From the NCBI RefSeq assembly GCF_035594765.1, contig NC_085846.1, positions 74,883,190-74,947,189 on the forward strand: a stretch of DNA of 64,000 nt, read 5' to 3'. The translations under genes were made by a program, and so were the position numbers. The DNA is from Anolis carolinensis (Eukaryota). Below are positions 37,760 to 48,118 of this stretch, one piece after another. The notes under the pieces were generated by a model. The model had not been told where the DNA came from, searched no databases, and worked only from the letters and a program-made list of their open reading frames with translations. How positions within the stretch are numbered: position 1 is the first letter of the stretch; every line of letters starts with the position of its first letter.

Positions 37760-38365
37760 ATAAGTGCAGGTTGTGACCTATAAAGTCTTAAACGGTTTGG
37801 GTACTGCTTATCTTCGAGAACGCATCTCCCCCTATGAACTGGCATGGGCTCTAAAATATGCCGGAGAAGTCTTCCTCTCGCTCCCACCACTGTCACAAGC
37901 ACGGTGGGTGGGGGTGAGAGAGAGAAGGCCTTTTCAGTGGTGGCTCCCTGGCTTTGGAACTCCCTTGCTCAGGAAATTAGACAAGCTTTTGCTTTTGACA
38001 ACACTTAGTCCCTAGTCACAAATGCCCAGTCCCTAGGTTCCACAGAATATACTATTCTCTTCACTTTATCCAATACCTGGCCCTATCTATGCTACTTGAA
38101 CTATCCCATGCCCAGCCCTTGTATATCCTGATCACACCCATTGTACTACAGCAACTAGTTTTGCTGAGTATTGTTACACAGTCATTTTATATTATGTTTT
38201 ATTGAATTTGTGTTTTTAATTGTTTTGATATTTTTAATGATGTTTTTACTTTAACCTTGTGTTTTGCTTTGATGGATTGTTTGTATTTGTGTCCATGGAC
38301 ATTTTGTTCCATATGTAAGCTGCCCCAAGTCTGTTTGGAAGATGGTGGTGAGGTATAAGAACAAA
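37760..38365 (+). mobile_element. L2 3' fragment
   Basis: QVVTYKVLNGLGTAYLRERISPYE, homologous to 52705-52992; L2 tail followed by (GTA)n/(TTA)n. Confidence 0.85.
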
Positions 38366-38416
38366 GTAGTAGTAGTAGTAGTAGTAGTTATTATTGTTAT
38401 TATTATTGTTGTTATT

Positions 38417-38694
38417 GGAGCCCCTGGTGGTGTAGTGGATTAAAGCCTTGTGAAATGAAGGTTGGGTTGCTGATCTGAAAGCTGCCAGGTTCGAATCCCA
38501 CCCGGGGAGAGTGCAGATGAGCTCCCTCTATCAGCTCTAGCTCCATGCGGGGACATGAGAGAAGCCTCCCACAAGGATGGTAAAAACATCAACACATCCG
38601 GGCGTCCTCTGGGCAACGTCCTTGCATATGGCCAATTCTCTCACACCAGATGCGACTTGCAGTTTCTCAAGTCACTCCTGACACACACAAAAAA
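38417..38694 (+). mobile_element. tRNA-derived SINE (second family)
   Basis: GGAGCCCCTGGTGG head, GGTTCGAATCC B-box, CTCAAGTCACTCCTGACACACAC tail. Confidence 0.9.
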
Positions 38695-39154
38695 TTATTT
38701 AGGCATGCATTAAGCTGGCATTTTGAGAAAATGAGTTGCCTACTATACATACTCAGTCCAAGATGGTGACTAGGGTAGCTTTATGTCAAATGTATTTGTA
38801 AAGTTAGGAATAGCACAGTAGATTTCGGACATGCTGTTTGTGAATAGGTCTCAAATTATCTCCTGGAAAGAAATGGCACTCTTTTGAGACTACAAACAGC
38901 ATGAAGCTTTGCACATAGTAATATGTATTAGATTTGGACATGGCTGGAAGCTTGATTTCAGTCAGGCATCTTTGCATTGTTTGAGGTAGTTTCTGAGATG
39001 AAGCTTAGTCAATCCTTCCAGAGTTTCCAGACCTGAAAGTAGATGCCATGCAATGCTTTGTTTGGCAATGTAAGTGGGTGAAAAACCCAAAAAAGGAAAA
39101 TAAGGTTGAAATATTTTGTAGCTGTTTTTTAGATATTGCCATTTTAATGTCAGA

Positions 39155-39390
39155 TTTGTTAATGGTAATGAAAACCACTGAGAGGTCTAAAAACATCAAC
39201 AGAGAGATACATCGCTTGTCAGTGTTAAGGTGGAGATCATCCACTAAGGCAACTACAGCAGTTTCATCTCTGTATCATGCTCTGAAACTGGTTTGAACTG
39301 GGTCAAGGAAGTATGTGTCATTCAAGACTGCCTGAAATTGGAGGCAATTGCCTTTTCAATCATATTGCTCAAAATGAAGATTACAGACCC
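39155..39390 (-). mobile_element. L2 internal fragment
   Basis: DDLHLNTDKRCISLLMFLDLSVVF; colinear with 32930-33295 minus the MITE. Confidence 0.8.
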
Positions 39391-39600
39391 TTAATCTTCT
39401 TGCATAAAGACTGATAGGTTTGTCCAATGTAGAGCAAAAATGGACATTGCTGGCATAGGATGGCATATATCACATTGGAGGAAGAGAGAGTAAATGCTCC
39501 TCTGATGTGGATGATGATATTGCTCCCTGTAATATTGCTGCCAGAGTAGACATGGGGACAGAGTTCTGGATTTTTGGAAGGATCTTGTCCCTGTGTTACC
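39391..39600 (-). mobile_element. Penelope-like element GIY-YIG endonuclease fragment
   Basis: IRGAFTLSSSNVIYAILCQQCPFLLYIGQT.QSL carries the VIY...CxxC...YIG signature. Confidence 0.85.
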
Positions 39601-40580
39601 ACACATGTTATGTGTCCTGTTGTAAGTGACTATTTATAAACCTACTATCTACAACTATCTATAAATGTAGCTCTCCCAGCTATTCACCTTGATGACACCT
39701 TATAAATGACCACACTTGGTTCAAGATTGCCTACAGGGTGAAAAAACCTCCCACATAATTTAAGAGTCTATACCTGTGGTAATGGTATTGTTGAAGATTT
39801 ACTGCATTCCTTGTTCCAGTGTTGTATATAGAGATTTAACAGCAACATGTCTGATAATGTTGTAGGGGCTATCATAGACAAAGAAAGATGTTGCTGCTTA
39901 TAAATTTGCTTCTAGGAACAACAACTTAAATTACATGAAGGCTAATGCTAACATATATTATATAGCAGTGATTCAGACACTATCATTCATGTCTGTTCTG
40001 TTTATAAGAGTGCCTGCCTACATTTTTTAAAAGATGCATGAGAAGTATTGCTCATCTTGGTCATGGCATTGAATTGGTTATGATAATTAGATACTATAGA
40101 TAAATTTTTTTCAAAAGAGAGTGAACAAGCAGTTTTCCCTTGGGATTCACTAAGCTATTTTATAGATCAGGATGTATATAATATAGGAAACCTAAGCATC
40201 CTGCTTCATATATGGGACAGTGAATGGGAATTCTAGATACCTTTGTTTTCTATTGGTCACTCTTTGATGTTTTCCTTTCACTTCTCCCATCACTTTTTAT
40301 AACTCAAATATCCATTAAAAAGCGGAAAGAAAGAATGGCTGCACAATGTCCTTTGATTGGTTGTACTAGGACCCACCCACCAGGAAATTGCCAGACTGGT
40401 GATAGTAGTATGCGGAAGCATGCCCATATCCTGTGAAAGATATTCCAGCCCCTTTTAATGTAGTGTGACCCTGAACTCAAAAATACACATGAGCCAGTTG
40501 TGGCTTCAAGCAGAAAAGAAAATAGTTCATTCACTTTAGTTCAATAATGATACAAAGCAAATCGGAATAGTTGATCTCAC

Positions 40581-40910
40581 CAAAGTATAACAATAAACAC
40601 TTTCTTCAATGAGTCTTCGTTCTTCTACAACAGGAAAGAAATGTAGTAAATCGTTCTCTTTTTGTCTACTTTGTCGAAAATAAGATGTCCTTGACTTGCC
40701 ATGCAGATAAGTAGTCTTTCTTGGTGTTGACTTCAGCTTCTGTTTCCAGCTTCCAAAAGCCGCATGTCAGCTCCCAGCAACAAAACAGCCACCTTCTATG
40801 CCCTACCAGCTCTGAGCTATGCTAAGCCAAGCAGAGCTAAAAACTACAAACTTAATGCTTTGTTTTATACAGAAGCAGATAACATGCCCAACTAAGCCAT
40901 AACAGCTGCT
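40581..40910 (-). promoter_or_regulatory. Candidate TATA promoter and non-coding first exon
   Basis: Minus-strand GTATAAAA at 40863-40870, GATA site at 40877-40882, CAGCTG at about 40903, TTG|GTGAGA donor at 40581/40580; repeat-free with several CpGs; motif evidence only. Confidence 0.3.
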
Positions 40911-41294
40911 TTACTGCTATAAGAAAATGGTTCAGATCCTTGCTATTACTTAGTCTATAGTAAATTATTAGTAATGACAGAAATAAGCTGTTGTGACTTT
41001 CTGGTAATGTTGTCTGTGTGCTAAATCAGATGGGACTTCAGATTGACTTTTGATTTAAAACAAAAGTCAAAATCGATAGAGACAGTCAGTGAGCTGGTCA
41101 CAACCAGAGAGGGAACTCCCTTGAGGTAAAATATTAAATTATCTCCTTGCTCCCAAAGTCAAGGTCAAGCCATATAACACCTAAGCTCGACTAAGGCATT
41201 TTGCACCTGAAGCAGATTATTCAAGCGAGCACCTCTTCCTATCCTGAGCTTATAAAAGCTTCCTTTTGACTACAGTTGCCAGAATCCTCTAGCC

Positions 41295-41993
41295 CAGGGG
41301 TCCCCAAACTTTTGAAGCAGAGGGCCGGGCCACAATCCTTCAGACTGTTGAGGGGCCGAATTATCATTTGAAAAAAAATACGAACAAATTCCTATGCACA
41401 CTGCATATGTCTTATTTGTAGTGCAATACAACAATAACAATTAAAGAACAATACAATAAATGAAAACAATTTTAACCAACATAAACCTATCAGGATTTCA
41501 ATGGAAAATGTGGGCCTGCTACTGGCCAATGAGATAGTCAAGTTAATTATGATTGTTGTTGTTGTTGTTGTGTGCCTTCAAGTCATTTCAGACTTTGGGC
41601 GAGCCTAAGTCTAAAATTAATTATTTATTTACTACGTTATTTACTACATTTATATCCCACCCTTCTCACCCCGAAGGGGACTCAGAGCAGCTGTATGTAC
41701 ATACAATATATTATATTATTAGCATAGCACAATATTAGCATTATATATTACTAGATTGACCTATACCACTATACTGTAATATTATATGTAATATATAACA
41801 TATAATTAATATTATTATATGGTATTATATTGTATAACATTATAATATTTTTATCAATACTATATGTATATACAATATATTATATTATTAAAACTGATAT
41901 AAAAATATTATATTATAAAACTGAGTTCGGGGGCCAGGTAAATGACATTGGAGGGCCGCATCCGGCCCCCGGGCCTTAGTTTGGGGACCCCTG
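41295..41993. mobile_element. Non-autonomous hAT (Charlie/OC1-like termini), 699 bp
   Basis: 16-bp TIRs CAGGGGTCCCCAAACT / AGTTTGGGGACCCCTG; perfect TSD CTCTAGCC at 41287-41294 and 41994-42001. Confidence 0.95.
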
Positions 41994-43396
41994 CTCTAGC
42001 CAATTGAAAAATCTAGCTTTCAAAGTTCTGTCCATTCCTGGAAGAAAAAAAATGGATAACTAAGAATTTTATACTTTTTAATAAAATGAAATGTTTGCTA
42101 TCTATACTAGCAGGCCCCTTGCATGGTTATAGTAGCAGATTTTTTTTTTATATTTACCCCAATAGCAGGGCTAGATCTAGTAAGGCCAGTTCTGATGTAC
42201 ACCTGCTGTTCCCGTTCTATTTTCCTCAATAAAATCCCCCAAGAAGCTGCTGTTTGTTCCATGGAAGAAAACACACAGGGATCAATATGGCTACTGTTGT
42301 TTTTTCCCTACTGCATGGGTATGAAGTTTTAGCTGCAGAAGCAAATGGACTCATGCAATGCTATTTCTGTCTTCCTTTTTGTTATATAAAATGAAAAACT
42401 GTCCCCAAAATTGAACAAGATGGTAAGATACCTGTGCTTGTAGAGGGAATTCTATAATTTTACACTACAGGCAGAGAGAACACTTTTGAATTGAAGCCCC
42501 AATCCAACAGCAAATTCCTTGCAAGTAAAAATTACACACTAGAGAGATATATTCTACTTCAACACATTCCCTGTTGTCATAGTTTTCATTTTTCTTCTGA
42601 TGAGGCATTTTTTAAAACATGATCTCCCAATTAGCAGTCAAAACTCCAATATCTTAGATCTGTAGACCACACTCCAGTCGTTACATCACCTCAAAACATA
42701 AAGGAAGAGGCAGTTCTAGGTAGATGCTGCTGTAAGGATGGGAAATCTTTGTGAGCTCAAGTGCCAAAAGATCTTGGGGACTATAACCCAAGAAGAAAAA
42801 ACAGAGCCCAAAATATTACCACATTTTAGTTCAACCTTCTTAATTTAACTAACTAACCTTTAGAGAGGTATTTTAGTCTATTATAGTATGAAAACAAAAA
42901 CAGAAAAACCATCTGATAAACACCTTATGAGGAAGGAAGCTTAAGCACGCAAGGAAGACTTAAATTGAACTACGAGACGTAGACCGAACTAAGGGTCCCA
43001 TCGCATAGAGAAAAACCAGGTTTATATTTCATAGCAAGGTCAGATTTTTTCAGACATTGTCTATATACTTGAGGTCACATTTCAACTGTTCTGTTTATTT
43101 TTAATAACTTTATACAAATTATTGATTCATTTTTTAGTTTTAAAATATATTTATACATGTTTTACCAATGTTTTTGTTTGTTTTTCACATGAAGCCATCT
43201 TGAGTCCCAGTATTGGGGGAAGTTTGGATATAAATGAATAAAATAACAATAACAACAACAACAACCCAATATCTCTTGGTTACACCCCTGATCTCTACCG
43301 CATTCAGAAGAAAGTAAGGAGTGGGAAACCCTGAGTGGTGGATGATGTCTTCTGTGTTTGAGGGACACTCAATTCATCTCAAATATTAGTCTAGAG

Positions 43397-43517
43397 CAGT
43401 GGTTCTCAACCTGTGGGTCCCCAGACGTTTTGGCCTTCAACTCCCAGAAATAATAACATCTGGTAGACTGGCTGGGGTTTCTGGGAGTTGAAGGCCAAAA
43501 CACCTGGGGAACCACTG
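43397..43517. mobile_element. SPIN-like hAT MITE (short deletion in right arm)
   Basis: CAGTGGTTCTCAACCTGTGGGTC...GAACCACTG; TSD GTCTAGAG / GTCCAGAG. Confidence 0.9.
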
Positions 43518-43525
43518 GTCCAGAG

Positions 43526-43642
43526 CAATAGTTTCCAACCTTTGGTCTTCCATGTATTTATGGCTTCATCTCCCCAACGCTGTTAAGAATTCTGAGAACT
43601 GAAGTCTAAAAGATCTGCCAGACCAAATATTGGTTCCCATTG
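43526..43642. mobile_element. Older hAT MITE (CCAACCTTTGGT subtype)
   Basis: Similar to 19367-19489; flanked by GTCCAGAG and GTCTAGAC. Confidence 0.75.
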
Positions 43643-45491
43643 GTCTAGACTACAGGACCAGAACCTTAACTCCCATAGCTTTGGCTTTTTTTGGATATTT
43701 CTTTAAAGTTCAAACCAAACTGTGGAATGGATTATCTAGCCTATTGACATGGAAGCCACCAGCTCCCATTGACATGAACACAGTTGTTGGGAATGCACAT
43801 TTGATGCCACCTATTGAATATGTGGAGAATGCCATGCTCAGTCAATGAAAAGAATGTCTGGGCTCAGCCTGGCCAGCAGAACTGATCACCTAAAATCCCA
43901 CTTGTAAACACATGAAACTTTATCCAGCATTTCTGCTCTAGCTGCTGATACTGGCAGCTAATGGTTTTCAAATGATACTGAAGGTGTATTTCCAAGCTTT
44001 GTTTACGTGAGAAGGAGGCTATGTTAGGCAGCTTGCTAGCAAAGGGGACTAATTTACTGCTGTGCTCTTTTCACAGCACTCTATCAATACTGCAATAGCT
44101 GTAGCTTAATAGCAGAGCAAAGGAAATCTATTCTGCTTTTAATTTGTAACAGGTTTTCAAAGGGGAATCATTATCCTGATTATGATTCAATAAACAGAAA
44201 CCTGAACCCAGGCCAGGTCCCTTCATGGCTGCCAGAAAGAACAGCAGGGGAAGGCAAAAGAATCACCATGTTTCAGGCTTAAGCAGAGCTTAATGCAGCA
44301 AGACATTCAAACAAGGTATTTACTTGTTCACTGTTTTCTTTCTAATGAAATCACCAAAGAGCTTATTTTGCAACCAAGCCCAAAAAAACATGAGATTATT
44401 GGGTCTAATAAGGGATTTGGTCATCTCAAACCAGCTGAGTTGGGAATAAGGCTTTTCCTTTAACTGGCCAGCATAAAAAAAACAGCAATAAGTCATGAGA
44501 ATAAAAGGAAAATGTATGTTCCCCCGAGACAACTGAGCTGGCAGGCATTACCGTTGGGCCCATCTTTTATTGTAATTAAACAATGACCTTTTGCTAATGC
44601 TGTTAAGAAAGCTGCCTGTTCATTTCCTCGATGAGGCGAGCAAAGATTTCAACAGAATGAGCTGTAAATCACAGACTGCATGGGAAAGGATGTAGTAGCA
44701 CAAAGCACACTGGAGGTTTACTTGACAGGCATTTAAAATAAACCTGAATTTTTATATATGCATTTGCAGTAACTGGATAAAGCAAAAAACTAGCCTTTAT
44801 GGACCACTTCGCTCTTTTTCCACAGAGAAATATCTTGGGCAGATTGTCATATGTGCAAATCCGATTAAAACTATGCTGCATAAATGTATGAGTGATGGTT
44901 TTTCTAAATCCAAAAGGTGTTTGCAAATGGGAAGGCCTTATATGTACTTAAAGTAGTATGTTTGTTCATCTTAAGCCTGTGGTCTCCTAAGATTTTCAGG
45001 CAGAAGAATAGATTTCATGAAGCAAGGGTAGACATTTTGCAAGCAGGGAAATCTGATCTGCCACGGCTTGTAGATAAGCAATCATTTGTTGCTTGTTGTT
45101 CAACTTTTTTTTAATGAGATTGATTGTTCCTTTGCTTTTCATGCTTTGTGGTCTGAAACTTCAGGAAAGTTCACAGTCAGCCCTTGGAGAATTTGTGTAG
45201 CTGTTACCAGAGTTTATATATTATCTATACACATAATAAAAGTGTGTATGTGTGTATGTGGAGGAGGTGTCCACTCACACAGACAGCCTCCTGCCTCCAC
45301 AAACAGCTCTAGTTCTGAACAGGAGGCACCAATGGCCCTCCCTCCATTGATATGCAGGTTATAGTGAGCGCCATGAACATGTAACCCAAATCCTGCCAGT
45401 ATTCTCCACAAACACCATTCTAGCCCCCACCCAAGTAAAGGCTTTCATGTGGGACAATTACATCCTAGATATTCCGTTTTTCCTCCAGAAT

Positions 45492-45957
45492 TGTCCTGTT
45501 TTGTTTTTCAAGAACAGCCTTAAGACACTGTGGTAAGTAAATGAAAACTGCTTTACTTCAGCAAAACATAAAGTACAGTACACTCAGTGAAATAATGCAA
45601 AAGAAAGCCAGCAAGTCTTACTTCAGACTAAGAAACAGGCATAAATCCAGATGCAGACTTGGAGCAGGCACACAGAGAGTGAAGGCATTAGAGTCAGTTT
45701 GTTACCAGCAAAAGCTGGCTGCACCTGCTTTGGCTTTTATAGCCCTAGATCTCCACACAGCTGCTAGGGCAGTTCCGAATTACTCAGCTGCATTTCTGGC
45801 AGCTAATCTAGCTGAACGACATCTCTGCTCTGTTTCCTTTCGCCTTTCCTGGAATGAGGGTGCTAGCAAAGTCTCCTCCTCAGATTCCAACTCACCCTTA
45901 TATTCATGAACACTTTCCTGCTCCCCTTCCTCTTCTGAAGAAGAGGAACCCCTGACA
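45492..45957 (-). mobile_element. Solo LTR, Gypsy-like (466 bp)
   Basis: TGTCAGG...AGGACA termini on minus; 5-bp TSD AGAAT at 45487-45491 and 45958-45962; TATAAAA at 45735-45741; AGTAAA at 45552-45557. Confidence 0.88.
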
Positions 45958-46059
45958 AGAATGGACATCCCAGGGTTCCTTAATTTGCATGACTTTGCCC
46001 ACTGCCTCTACCTTAACCCTTTCCTACCCTTTCCTATGGCACACAGTTATCATAGGAAC

Positions 46060-46770
46060 TGATCATCAACTGAACAAGAGGTTTTGGGAGAATTCACCAT
46101 GATTTACAAGAGTTGTACTTGACCTACATCCAGAGAGTACTGTTAACTCAACCAACAATGGATCTGGACCAAACTTGTCACAGATAATGGGACTTGCAGT
46201 ACCTTCACTGATACTGTGACCCCCACTGACAATGGACTGGGACCAAACTTGGCATAGAGAAGCCCCATGAGCAACTGAACATAATGCAGGGGTTTGGAGG
46301 AATGGACCTTGATTCTGGGAGTTGTAGATCACCTCCATCCAGAGAAACAGTGACCCCCACCAACAATGGACTGGGACCACACTTGACACAGGGAAGCCCA
46401 ATGACCAGCTGAACATACTGCAAGAGTTTAGGGGAATGGACCTTGATTTTGGGAGTTGTAGTTTATCTGCATCCAGAAAGCACTTGAGCCCAGCTGACAT
46501 CAAATCTGGACCAATCATGGTACACAGACCTAACATGGCCACTGTGCATACAGGCCTGGTTTGGGGGTGATTGACCTCAGATCTGGGAGTTGTAGTTCAC
46601 CCTTATCCAGAAAACCCTGAACCCAGCTGACAATGGGTTTAGACTAAACTTGGCACACAGACCCAACATGACCAAGTGTGAATACTGGCAGGGTTTGCGA
46701 GTGATTGCCCAGGGAATCTGGGAGTTGTAGTTCACCCTTATCTAGACAGATCTGGACCAAACTTCAGTGA
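46060..46770 (+). repeat. Degenerate tandem repeat, unit about 134 bp, 4-5 copies
   Basis: GGACCAAACTTGG-like anchors at 46240, 46374, 46508 and 46641; each unit carries GGGAGTTGTAG.TCAC. Confidence 0.85.
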
Positions 46771-47395
46771 TGTTACCTAACATCCCAAAGCAAATAATAT
46801 CTTCTTCTAATAACCTGGGCACTAACGGGTCCCCAAGCTAGTATATAATAAGAAAGCTCACATTTATAGCACTCATTTCCCTGTGTTACTCCCAATTGTA
46901 GTACTGGGCAAGAGCGTGCATTTTCGTTTTCTACCCCAATCCACTTCCCCCATTCCTGGCTTTTTAGTGCACCAATGTTGCATAAGTGCAATGCTTAAGC
47001 AAACATCTTTGCACTGGCCCCGGGTTTAGCTGGAATGGGCAGAAATGGGTGCTCAAGCTTTATAGTTTGCTTGCACAAAAACATCAAAACTTCTCTTCCT
47101 CCAGTGCTGCTCACCTTGAGCTTTATCTGGCTGCCGGGAAACACAAAGAAGGACAGCAATTCCCTGAGGTCTCAGCCAATGCCAACTCTGATACAGTTGG
47201 TTACGCTTTGTGTCTCAAGTCAAGGTAATACTTATGTATTTTCATCACATCTAGTTCCAATACCCATACAAAGGGAGCATATCCATATCCACATCTCGGA
47301 ATTTCTCATTGTTTCTGCTCACATCTACCTAAAGTGACCGCTTAATGTCAGAGAATGCACCAATTTGCACAACATTTGGGTATGCATGTATATTT

Positions 47396-47522
47396 TGTTG
47401 TTGTTTATTCATCCAGTTGCTTCTGACTCTTCATGACCTCATGGATCAACCCATGCCAGAACTCCATGTTGGCCTTTGCCACCCCCAGCTCCTTCAAGGT
47501 CAAGCCAGTCACTTCAAGGATA
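47396..47522 (-). mobile_element. RTE 3' fragment
   Basis: ILEVTGLTLKELGVA...WHGLIHEVMKS matches the end of the 53926 element. Confidence 0.85.
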
Positions 47523-47790
47523 GGTAAAGGTAAAGGTTTTCCCCTGACATTAAGTCTAGTCGTGTGCGACTCTGGGGGTTGGTGCTCATCTCCATTTCTA
47601 AGCTGAAGAGCCGGCATTGTCTGTAGACACCTCCAAGGTCACGTGGCCAGCATGACTGCATGAAGTGCCATTATCTTCCCACCGGAGCTGTACCTATTGA
47701 TCTACACACATTTGCATGTTTTGGAACTGCTAGGTTGGCAGAAGCTGGAGCTAACAGCAGGAACTCACTCCGTTCCCCAGATTCGAACCT
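47523..47790 (-). mobile_element. Sauria SINE (5'-truncated)
   Basis: GGTAAAGGTAAAGGTTTTCCCC tail and conserved core. Confidence 0.9.
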
Positions 47791-47861
47791 TCAAGATACA
47801 CACACACATAAGCTGTGCAAGACTTTGTAGTTTGTTTTTCATACACACACACAAACAAACA

Positions 47862-48118
47862 GAGTGTTCCCTCACTTATCATGGGGGTTAGGTTCCAGGA
47901 CCACCGCAATAAGTGAAAATCCGCAGAGTAGGGACACTATATTTTAATATTCATGCATTATTTTAGTTATACACTATTTTAAGTCTTTATCAACCAATCG
48001 TGTGTTAGGCTGTAAATTGTAATTTTTTATGATTTATAATAGTCCTTTATTGTTTATTGAAAAACCGCAAAACAGCGAATCCGCGAAAAGTGAACCACAA
48101 AGTAGTGAGGGAACACTG
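47862..48118. mobile_element. Tigger/mariner-like MITE
   Basis: TIRs AGTGTTCCCTCACT / AGTGAGGGAACACT. Confidence 0.75.

Larger units (their letters stand above)
45224..46841 (+). mobile_element. Non-autonomous Helitron with internal ~134-bp tandem repeats, interrupted by a solo LTR
   Basis: A|TCTATAC 5' end; imperfect subterminal hairpin ACCTGGGCACTAACGGGT then CTAG|T 3' end; no TSD. Confidence 0.75.

Noticed and set aside
46060-46770. CRISPR-like periodic array
   Set aside because: Whole units are homologous with no unique spacers, the context is vertebrate, and the array sits inside a Helitron.
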